Below, in pieces: positions 24,764 through 32,872 of a DNA stretch of 39,127 nt. Position 1 is the first letter of the stretch. Each line of letters opens with the position of its first letter. This DNA is from Promethearchaeota archaeon (lineage in GTDB: Archaea > Asgardarchaeota > Hermodarchaeia > Hermodarchaeales > Hermodarchaeaceae): assembly GCA_048939245.1 (NCBI GenBank), contig JBHLPR010000018.1:1-39127 (forward strand), read 5' to 3'. The notes under the pieces are model-generated. The model was given only the letters and a program-made list of their open reading frames with translations, was not told where the DNA came from and made no database searches. The translations under genes were made by a program, and so were the position numbers.

Positions 24764-25584
24764 GTTGGTTTCTCCTCATAGGTTCGGCGTGGGTCCTCGG
24801 CCTTGAATTTCGATAAACAAGTTTTTTCATAGCATTGTGAACAAGTCAAATCACTTTGTTCCCATCGAGAACGGAATAAATCAAGATATACAGCCTTCAG
24901 CCATTGTGCTGTCGAATACTCGGCGATATCATCTAATCCTGCTAATCCCTTTTCTGTCAGGGGAGCGGTTCCGCGCCATACGCCGGCATCATCAATTAAG
25001 ACACCATTGAAATGGAGGTGGGAACAGAGTTTAAACTCCACTCCACTACTTGCCAAATTCTGCAACGCATCAGCCTGCTTCCACCTTTCTACTCCCTCGA
25101 TGAGTGCTGGAGGTGTTGTGAGAATTCGAATTTTAACTCCTGCCTCGTGTAATTCTTTTAATATGGTCAATAGGTTCATTGCTGGCTTTTGCGCTTCAGG
25201 GTCAACTAAATCGACATCATGGAGCTGATGAGTAGCAATTAAAACGCGATATTGGGCTGATTGTAACATTCGGAGCAGTTGTGATGCCAGATGAGGTCCT
25301 CGAAGAATTTGTACCTCCGCCACGCCCTCTTGGTCGGCCGTTTCATCAACGTCACCTGCAAGGTATTGGCGTTTGAGTTGGGTAGCATTATTGGCATACT
25401 CGAGACTACGTTGCATCAGAACTCCACGTAATGAGGAGGTATTTGCCTTATCCGCAAGTGCTCGTAGCTCTTGAGATAACTGCATTAGGAGATCCACGGC
25501 TTCACCGATTTTTCCTTCTTCTTCTAGGTTTTTTGCCTCGCTAGTTCGAATTCCAATGTCGCGAAGTTCCTTATCCAAAGACAC
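24760..25584 (-). CDS. MIT-domain + degenerate PLD-fold protein
   Basis: The three-helix N-terminus EAKNLEEEGKIGEAVDLL...SLEYANNATQLK fits the MIT consensus. The C-terminal region LQSAQYRVLIAT, GVKIRILT, LHFNGVLIDD..VWRGTAPLT, F..RW is PLD-fold. GGAGG lies 8 nt before the GTG start. Confidence 0.78.
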   Translation of the reverse strand: MSLDKELRDIGIRTSEAKNLEEEGKIGEAVDLLMQLSQELRALADKANTSSLRGVLMQRSLEYANNATQLKRQYLAGDVDETADQEGVAEVQILRGPHLASQLLRMLQSAQYRVLIATHQLHDVDLVDPEAQKPAMNLLTILKELHEAGVKIRILTTPPALIEGVERWKQADALQNLASSGVEFKLCSHLHFNGVLIDDAGVWRGTAPLTEKGLAGLDDIAEYSTAQWLKAVYLDLFRSRWEQSDLTCSQCYEKTCLSKFKAEDPRRTYEEKPT

Positions 25585-25795
25585 GAATCTTGCCTCCCAC
25601 GATCAAGCCTAAGAATCGCTTATCACTGAGGCATTTAATGCTTTTCTTCAATGGTCACCCATCTCTGCCGATTCACTTTAAGCCCACTCTGTAGAAAGAG
25701 GGTTGAAACATACGCGCATTCGAACAATATTAAGGAGGCACTAGCCGATCCCGCAGATTATTCGAAAAAGTTCACCATATTTTGAAATCACTAAG

Positions 25796-27385
25796 ATGGA
25801 TCGCGAAACCATCCATCGGCTTAGTCAAATTGCTGAACGACTAACTGTTGATGAGGATAATGCTGTCATTCGTTTCAAACTGCAATTTGACAAGGCGGCA
25901 AAACTGCCTCTAGATGAGTTAAATCAATTATTTGCTAAGGTCGATTATGAAGTATCACCAAGCCTGCAAAAAGCGATTCTGAAAAAACAAGAGATAGCGA
26001 AATTTGCGGAACTGCGCCTGCGAAAAACCGATTTAATACTGAAACCCACAGGCTTCTTAGAACTCGAGGAAATCAAATCGATTCTCACCTATAATGCCAA
26101 GGAAAAACTCTTCCATGCACGCATCATGGACTACTATACTATCCTCAACTTCCTCGTCACAAAGGGCTATCCAGTAATCAGTCATTTTTCCCTTAATTTT
26201 AGATTACCAGAACGCTGGCAAGAACAGTTACAACTAGATATGGCGCTTCGTGGATATCAACAAGATGCCCTTCGTCGGTGGCAAGGGGCAAAGAACCAAG
26301 GTGTTGTAGTCTTACCAACTGGCGGAGGAAAAACCATTGTGGGTCTCGAAGCCATCCGTCGTCTCGTTGAAACCACCCTCATCGTTGTTCCCACACTTGA
26401 TCTGTTGAGCCAATGGCGCGAGGCACTCGAAGTTCTCCTTCATGTCCCCGAAGTTGGCATCTTGGGTGGTGGGGCTAAAGCCATCAAACCAATTACTGTG
26501 GCAACCTATGACTCTGCATCGCTCTTAGCTCCACGACTTGTTACATCTTTTGGACTCTTAATCTTCGATGAAGTCCACCATCTTCCTAGCACCACATATC
26601 GATTAGCTGCTGAGCTCTCTCTAGCCCCACATAGACTGGGATTAACTGCCACGCCGGAACGCTATGATGAACTACACCAGGATCTTGACCGCCTTGTAGG
26701 ACCAATTGTTTATCGGATTGCTCCACGCCTTTTGGAAAAGAAAGGTTACCTCGCTCCATATTCAATTCACCAGATTCAGGTTTCTCTGAAAGCTGAAGAG
26801 AAAGCACGATACGAGTCCCATATGCTGGTCTTCCGAAATTACACCCGTCGTCTTGATGAAATTAGTCCCGGTTGGCAATTTGAGACCATCGTAAAACGCA
26901 CCGTATTTGACCCCGAAGCACGTGAGGCTTTATCGAACTTAGAAAAAGCGCGAAGAGTTGCGCTTGAAGCATCGGGGAAAATTGATGAAGTTGAAAACTT
27001 GCTACAAAAATTTCGAGAAGAGAAAGTAATCATTTTTTCTCGTTATACAAGGATCGTGGAACGAGTGTCTGATCTTTTTGGCCTTCCTCTAATTACTCAT
27101 AAAACAAAGGTGTCTGAGCGAGAAAGAATCCTTAAGCGATTCAAAACAGGAGAGCTAACCAAAATCGTAACCGGACAAGTCCTCGATGAGGGCGTTGATG
27201 TGCCAGACGCATCGGTTGGTATAATTATTTCCGGAACAGGGAGTAAACGCGAATTTATCCAACGTCTGGGGCGCCTTCTTCGACCGCAAAAGGAACAAGC
27301 TGTGCTTTATGAATTGGTCACTGAATCAACACTTGAAGATGGTTTATCTCGTCGAAGACAATTGGAAGAAGAAATAGAAGATTAG
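25796..27385 (+). CDS. xpb: XPB/Rad25-like SF2 DNA helicase
   Basis: LRGYQ, LPTGGGKT, DEVHH, GLTATPER, LDEGVDVPDA, QRLGRLLRP. May start at 25748. Confidence 0.92.
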   Translation: MDRETIHRLSQIAERLTVDEDNAVIRFKLQFDKAAKLPLDELNQLFAKVDYEVSPSLQKAILKKQEIAKFAELRLRKTDLILKPTGFLELEEIKSILTYNAKEKLFHARIMDYYTILNFLVTKGYPVISHFSLNFRLPERWQEQLQLDMALRGYQQDALRRWQGAKNQGVVVLPTGGGKTIVGLEAIRRLVETTLIVVPTLDLLSQWREALEVLLHVPEVGILGGGAKAIKPITVATYDSASLLAPRLVTSFGLLIFDEVHHLPSTTYRLAAELSLAPHRLGLTATPERYDELHQDLDRLVGPIVYRIAPRLLEKKGYLAPYSIHQIQVSLKAEEKARYESHMLVFRNYTRRLDEISPGWQFETIVKRTVFDPEAREALSNLEKARRVALEASGKIDEVENLLQKFREEKVIIFSRYTRIVERVSDLFGLPLITHKTKVSERERILKRFKTGELTKIVTGQVLDEGVDVPDASVGIIISGTGSKREFIQRLGRLLRPQKEQAVLYELVTESTLEDGLSRRRQLEEEIED

Positions 27386-27405
27386 GCTCTTGTACTCTTC
27401 TTCTG

Positions 27406-27759
27406 TTAGTATCCTTTACCTTGTCCGCCCATAATGAAAACGAGTCCTAATAGGATTAGAACTCCGGCACCCAAAGAGATGAGTGAGGAAATTAGTAATG
27501 TTCCTCCACTGGTTAAATAAAACCATCCGACGAACCCTACAGCCACAGCAATACAAATTCCACCAATTGCTAATTCAGCGTAATGGGCTTCTTCACCTAC
27601 CGTTCCAGCAAGAAACAATCCAGCAATAAAGAAAAGGCCAGGAATGACAGCCAACTGCCAAGTCACCGGGGCTAAGAAGAAAATCACAAATACTTCAAGC
27701 CATGCTGCTGCCCCAATCATGATGCCGCCAAAAAGCGAAGGACCTGCCATCAACATCAC
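27406..27759 (-). CDS. Small membrane protein, about 4 TM helices
   Basis: Almost entirely hydrophobic, Gly-rich helices; fills the gap between two + strand genes. Confidence 0.7.
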   Translation of the reverse strand: MMLMAGPSLFGGIMIGAAAWLEVFVIFFLAPVTWQLAVIPGLFFIAGLFLAGTVGEEAHYAELAIGGICIAVAVGFVGWFYLTSGGTLLISSLISLGAGVLILLGLVFIMGGQGKGY

Positions 27760-27852
27760 CGTTTATATTCAGTGAACTAGACACACAAAACTGACTATTT
27801 ATCTTTTCAGGTAACTAGTGTATGATAAGTAAGAAATCAAGGAGTTCTGACC

Positions 27853-29799
27853 TTGTCAAAAACTACTTCTCGTAAAAAGGCGCCTAAAGGGTCTAAAATT
27901 CAGAAACCGAAACGGGCGGTATCCACTAAAAAGGGAGCTCCATCAAAAACTTGGTCTCGAGTTGCAGTTGATGCTAACTTTTTCATTCTTGCGTTTGCTC
28001 AGAATCCGGGGAATGTAAAACGATTCAAAGAAATTACAGACCACGTTTCGTTTAAGCTTTACACCTCCACTCAGGTTCTAAACGAGTTACGTGGTCAACT
28101 TCGTCGAGAAGTTCAGAAGGTCATTGAAGTTATCGATGTGAGTCAAAAGGAATTGGATGCCTATATTAAAAAAGCCAAAGATGTCGTTGAACGCATTCCT
28201 CAAGCTCCTGATCTTTCTCTCTTGATTGTATTAAAGAAACTTAAAGAAAATCGGCTCATTAGCTCCGATTTTCAGCTACTCCAATCTCTTCGCAATCTTG
28301 AGCCTGAAATCGAAGGGCTGATGGGTAGCGCCTTTCTGTTGCATCTACTTGAACGGAGTCATGGTATCCCTGAAGACATGACAATTCTAGAAGAAATCCG
28401 CGAAAGAGTACTGCACACGGAAATTAAATACAGTATCACAAGGCGAAGCGTTTATGATCCCACCACGCGTATCAAACTCATCGAAAACCAGGCTTTTCAG
28501 GTGGTCCGTTCGCTCAGAGGTCCTCGTATCGCTGAAGAAGACCTTATCGGAATGACGGACCAAGAAGCATTAGGGCTTCTAAACTTTCTGCAGGAACTGC
28601 GACGAAATTATGCCAGCTACGTCAATAGAATTCAAGAACAAAATTATCGCGAAGCCTTACAAGAAATCGGAGCTGCTCGTGATGAACTCTATAGCCATCT
28701 AGTTCTTCTATCCTGGGAATTGTCAGCAACGGCTCATCGCAGGTTAACCCGCCAAATATCCCCTGATTTGATTCTTCTTAACTACCTTACTGCACTATGT
28801 TACCTTTATCTCGGCGAAAGGGAGGATTTAGAGAAATCTAAACAAGCAATCGATGAAGCCAATCGAACACTTCTCTGTGTCCGACCTGATGCAGCAAATT
28901 ATCAACGACTAATGATAATGACTCACATTCTCCGTATCACTATTAATTTGGTCTTGGAGGATTTCGAGTCCGCAACCATGTATTTTACGATTTTTGCACG
29001 GAAAACCCAAGAATGGGGGTTCGTTCATGAACAGGCTACTGCTCAAGCACTCTACCTCGCCCTCTTAGTTATCCGTGGAGAAATAATGTCCACGGAATTT
29101 CCTTCAATCTCTGATCCAGAAGAAGTGATTCGGTTTCTCATTGATCTCTCTTCGATCTATTTTGCTCTGCGACGCTTTGAAGAAGCGTGGAAATTACTCA
29201 ATCAAGTGTTGCTCATCATTCAATATTTTGGTCTACACGAATTGCTTGATCCCGTTCTTCAGCGAATGATACTCGTCTATTATGCCGAAGGGCGTCAACG
29301 AAAAGAAGAATTCGAAGAAATCTCTACTCAACTTCTTCACTGGTTAAAAGAGCAAGAATCTGACACCTCATCAATAGAAGCCTTACGGGCTGAATTGGAT
29401 GAAACAGAGGCACCTCCCACAGAATATTTCACAGAAACGAGTCTAGTCGCTGAGAAGTTGCATGCTGATCTACAAGATTGGTTAACTGTAATTGATCGGG
29501 TGGACACTGTTCTCCTCCACGGAAGTCTCCTCATTTGCCGGAGCCGCAAGCTTACTTGGAATATTGCTCTGCTAATTCAAGGGGTTCTTCAAGAAGAAAA
29601 GGCTAAGGGTGGAGAACAGGTCAAATTAGGCGAAGGAAAATTCCGAGTTACTGATCCTCCCCCGAGTTTAAAGGATCGCTATCGAATCTTCGCGCTAATC
29701 CATTCAGATCCCACCGGAAGTAGCCGTATATTCGTTCGTGGAGGACGAGGGCTTCGACTACTCGAACTAGGCACAATCCTAGAGGAAAGCACTCCCTAA
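27853..29799 (+). CDS. PIN-domain protein with TPR-like helical region and C-terminal beta-rich domain
   Basis: PIN acidic residues in VAVDANFF, VLNEL, PDLSL and SSDFQL. TPR-like helices such as LSSIYFALRRFEEAWKLLNQVL. Lys-rich N-terminal tail. Confidence 0.75.
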   Translation: MSKTTSRKKAPKGSKIQKPKRAVSTKKGAPSKTWSRVAVDANFFILAFAQNPGNVKRFKEITDHVSFKLYTSTQVLNELRGQLRREVQKVIEVIDVSQKELDAYIKKAKDVVERIPQAPDLSLLIVLKKLKENRLISSDFQLLQSLRNLEPEIEGLMGSAFLLHLLERSHGIPEDMTILEEIRERVLHTEIKYSITRRSVYDPTTRIKLIENQAFQVVRSLRGPRIAEEDLIGMTDQEALGLLNFLQELRRNYASYVNRIQEQNYREALQEIGAARDELYSHLVLLSWELSATAHRRLTRQISPDLILLNYLTALCYLYLGEREDLEKSKQAIDEANRTLLCVRPDAANYQRLMIMTHILRITINLVLEDFESATMYFTIFARKTQEWGFVHEQATAQALYLALLVIRGEIMSTEFPSISDPEEVIRFLIDLSSIYFALRRFEEAWKLLNQVLLIIQYFGLHELLDPVLQRMILVYYAEGRQRKEEFEEISTQLLHWLKEQESDTSSIEALRAELDETEAPPTEYFTETSLVAEKLHADLQDWLTVIDRVDTVLLHGSLLICRSRKLTWNIALLIQGVLQEEKAKGGEQVKLGEGKFRVTDPPPSLKDRYRIFALIHSDPTGSSRIFVRGGRGLRLLELGTILEESTP

Positions 29800-29822
29800 C
29801 AACTTCTCTGGGGATATAACCT

Positions 29823-31103
29823 GTGGTGTTACGACTACAATATCTCAAATATCAAATTCGTGGCTCATCGTTACTTCCATATTTCCTGAATTACCCCAAA
29901 GATCAGGCCCTACCCCGACGATTAATCAAATATCTTGAAGCCCATCTGGATGAAGTTAAGGGGCAAATCGATCTTGATACTCCACTAACATGGGCACCTG
30001 ATAACCGAGTGGTTCGAGCGCTCCTTGTCACCCTTTTCAGTCGATTTTACTCTTTTTCACCTCAACTACTGCCTGACCTAATCGACGATTCTCACCTCAC
30101 CTCGCTTCGAAGACACGGTATCGGTTCTCTCGAAGATTTCCGCCTTTGGTTTTGGCAATATATTCAAAATCACTATGATGGTTTTCTTCTCCGGAGTCAA
30201 CGAGGCGAAGCCTCAAAGAAAGTTGCTCACACACTTGGGTTATCCCCCGAAGATGTAAACCATCTACTTATCGTCCATCGTGAAGATGAAACATTATTGC
30301 AAAGACGTAATTCCTCTCCCTCCCCCAAAGATCTGATCGGAGGCTATAATTATGAAGTACTAGAAACGCTGCTTTACAATACCGATTCAGTAACACTCCT
30401 AATTAGTGGGGCAAGCCTCGGAGCCACTGCTCGCGTATTACTCAAATATACCAAACGGTATGGCGTCTTGGTTGACCTCGAATCCACTAACCAAGGGTTA
30501 CGTGCCACTATTGCTGGACCTCGAGTATTTTTTGGTCGGGCCTCATCATTTGGTTGGAATATCGCACAAGTAATCAGTTGTCTTTTACGAGATGCCCCAA
30601 ATCTTGGGATCCACTTGGATACCGTATCGATTGCAGTAATCCTAAGAGACCGCGATTATCTCGTTGAGCTAGATGCTAATACATTACCCCTTATCATTTC
30701 ACCATTTTCGACCCGCGAAGGCGAAGCCTTCCTTGACTCAAAGGTGGAAAAACAATTCTATTGGAGTTGGCATAACAACAAGTTTCGTGGCTGGAAAATA
30801 ATTCGAGAACCTGATGTCTTCACCTTTGGCTCGGCTCTTATAATTCCTGATTTTGCCCTTGTCAAAGGTGATAATCGAGTATTAATCGAAATCATCGGGT
30901 ATTGGAGAGAAGAATATACCCAGAAGAAATTGACTCAATTATCACTCTTAAAGCAACAAGGACTTCAACAAATGATTCTTCTTGTAGACAGCAAACATCG
31001 AAAAATATTCAAAAACTCTCCTTATCCAGTGGTTTTCTATAAATCTCGAGCAAAACGCTATGAAATCCCTTATGGGAAAATCCTGAAAGCACTCCCTTCA
31101 TGA
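29823..31103 (+). CDS. DUF790 family / Bax1-like endonuclease
   Basis: LIGGYNYEVLETLLY, DSKVEKQF, GWKIIREP, IPDF, EIIGYW.EEY..KKL (PD-(D/E)xK-type C-terminal nuclease). Confidence 0.88.
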   Translation: MVLRLQYLKYQIRGSSLLPYFLNYPKDQALPRRLIKYLEAHLDEVKGQIDLDTPLTWAPDNRVVRALLVTLFSRFYSFSPQLLPDLIDDSHLTSLRRHGIGSLEDFRLWFWQYIQNHYDGFLLRSQRGEASKKVAHTLGLSPEDVNHLLIVHREDETLLQRRNSSPSPKDLIGGYNYEVLETLLYNTDSVTLLISGASLGATARVLLKYTKRYGVLVDLESTNQGLRATIAGPRVFFGRASSFGWNIAQVISCLLRDAPNLGIHLDTVSIAVILRDRDYLVELDANTLPLIISPFSTREGEAFLDSKVEKQFYWSWHNNKFRGWKIIREPDVFTFGSALIIPDFALVKGDNRVLIEIIGYWREEYTQKKLTQLSLLKQQGLQQMILLVDSKHRKIFKNSPYPVVFYKSRAKRYEIPYGKILKALPS

Positions 31104-31160
31104 ATCCCTACACTTCTTCCTTCTGGATAAAGATTGATTTTCTTCAGGAACTTAAACGGA

Positions 31161-31170
31161 TATTTTAAAT
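31161..31170 (+). promoter_or_regulatory. Possible BRE/TATA promoter for the pheS-pheT operon
   Basis: TTTTAAAT preceded by purine-rich AAACGGA in the 223-nt intergenic region. Confidence 0.35.
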
Positions 31171-31326
31171 AGTGAATCGGGCACTGGATGGTTCAGCGAG
31201 AAAACGGATGGGCTGATGCCTTGGAATTTCATCAATCATAAAGCAGCGTTATTTCTTCTTTGCCCCTAGTTTTATCCCTTCTTCAGCCCCTAACATTCTC
31301 TTTGTTCAATACTGGATGGAGAATAG

Positions 31327-32868
31327 ATGAAATACAAAATATCAGTAAAAGCTCGACAAATCTTAGAGTACCTTAACTCAACAGCACGTCCTTTGGCTCC
31401 CAGAACGATTGCTCAAGCCTTAGAGTTAAATGAGGACACAGTGCAGAGTCTTTTGATGAGCCTCCGCACACAAAACCTCATTGAAGACCATGAAACCTCC
31501 ACAACCCAATATTTTCAGCTTTCCTCAGAAGGACAACGCTTCGCTACAGAAGGACTACCGGAAGTTCGATTAATCAACTATCTCTCAAAAGAGGGTGGGA
31601 ACGCCTCAGTAAGCTCACTTGAAAAGAACCAAGTTTTGACTCCAACGGAGCAAAAACTCGCGCTTGGCTGGGCGCGCCAAAATGGTTGGATAACCATCTC
31701 CAAACGAGAAAATGAAACCTGGATACAACTATCACCTCAAGCATTAGAGGAGGTTACCAAGCATCCACTCCAAATTGCATTAAACGCCGCAGCAGAATCC
31801 GGAAAATTACACTTAAACCAAATTGATTTTGATTCAAAGACGTGGAAAAGACTCAAACAAACCTTTGAAAAACGCCAACTTGCTGCACTCCTGACACAGC
31901 AAACGTATACTGTAAAAATTACTCATAAAGGTAGCCGTGCCCTCGAAGCCTCTCTTGACCAACAAGATATGATACAGGATATGACTCCTGATATTTTAAA
32001 ATCGGGGGAATGGAAAGACCGATCATTTCTTCCGTATAATCTTCAAGCTCCAATTTCGCCGCTTTATCCAGGAAAAAAGCATCCATATATTGAATTTATC
32101 GATCGAGTTCGCAAGATTCTCATCGGATTGGGATTTCAGGAAGCAACAGGACCACTTGTAGAATTAGAGTTTTGGAATAACGACGCACTCTTCATGCCCC
32201 AAGACCATGTGGCCCGTGAAGTACATGATATGTATCATGTCAAAAGTCCAAAGGAACCTGGCACTATTCTGAATGAAACTATATTAAAACGAGTTGCTAA
32301 AACACATGAAAATGGCTGGAAGACGGAATCCACAGGTTGGAAATACAAATACAGTTTTGATGTTGCTCGTCGATTAGTACTGCGCAGTCAAACAACAGCA
32401 GTCTCGGTCCGTTATCTTGCTGAGCATCAACAGGCCCCCCTTCGAATGTTTAGTATCGATCGGAATTTCCGTCCTGAGAAGTTCGACGCTACACATTCTG
32501 CGGAGTTTCTTCAGTGTGAAGGCATCATTGGAGGGGAAGGACTTACCCTCCGAGATCTCATAGGATATCTCCGTGTGATAGCTGAAGCTGTTGGAATCAA
32601 GGAATTAAAATTCAAACCTGGGTTCTTTCCTTTCACCGAGCCCTCAATTGAAGGCTTCATATTTATTCCTGGATTGGGATGGAAAGAAGCATTACCTGGG
32701 GGTATTTTCCGTCCAGAAGTTACATTGCCATTGGGTGTTGATTTCCCTGTACTTGCGTGGGGGATTGGTATCGATCGATTGGCAATGGCTGCCTTAGGGA
32801 TTAATGACATTCGCGAACTTGTTACCCGTGATCTTGGATGGCTCCGGAGGGCTTCCCTAAGATTTTGA
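31327..32868 (+). CDS. pheS: Phenylalanine--tRNA ligase alpha subunit (archaeal/eukaryotic type)
   Basis: GLPE, FWNNDALFMPQDHVARE, LRSQTT, FRPEKFDATH, FPFTEPS, GGIFRPE, AWGIGIDRLAM. Confidence 0.97.
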   Translation: MKYKISVKARQILEYLNSTARPLAPRTIAQALELNEDTVQSLLMSLRTQNLIEDHETSTTQYFQLSSEGQRFATEGLPEVRLINYLSKEGGNASVSSLEKNQVLTPTEQKLALGWARQNGWITISKRENETWIQLSPQALEEVTKHPLQIALNAAAESGKLHLNQIDFDSKTWKRLKQTFEKRQLAALLTQQTYTVKITHKGSRALEASLDQQDMIQDMTPDILKSGEWKDRSFLPYNLQAPISPLYPGKKHPYIEFIDRVRKILIGLGFQEATGPLVELEFWNNDALFMPQDHVAREVHDMYHVKSPKEPGTILNETILKRVAKTHENGWKTESTGWKYKYSFDVARRLVLRSQTTAVSVRYLAEHQQAPLRMFSIDRNFRPEKFDATHSAEFLQCEGIIGGEGLTLRDLIGYLRVIAEAVGIKELKFKPGFFPFTEPSIEGFIFIPGLGWKEALPGGIFRPEVTLPLGVDFPVLAWGIGIDRLAMAALGINDIRELVTRDLGWLRRASLRF

Positions 32869-32872
32869 AGAG

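Noticed and set aside
24760-25584. Active phospholipase D / cardiolipin synthase call
   Set aside because: Single PLD domain with the HKD Lys replaced by Asn and GSxN replaced by GTAP.
25585-25795. tRNA or other structured RNA in the 211-nt gap (contains TTCGAA)
   Set aside because: No acceptor stem or cloverleaf could be built; consistent with divergent promoters plus an extended XPB start.
25796-31103. Anti-phage defence island (helicase + PIN + nuclease + PLD)
   Set aside because: XPB and DUF790 are a known archaeal repair-associated pair, and there are no mobility genes, methylases or evident compositional boundary; not excluded for the PIN gene alone.
31208-31330. Selenoprotein-like ORF (ATG GGC TGA TGC...) in the pheS leader
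   Set aside because: No SECIS-like element identified and no recognisable redox fold; a chance arrangement is likely.
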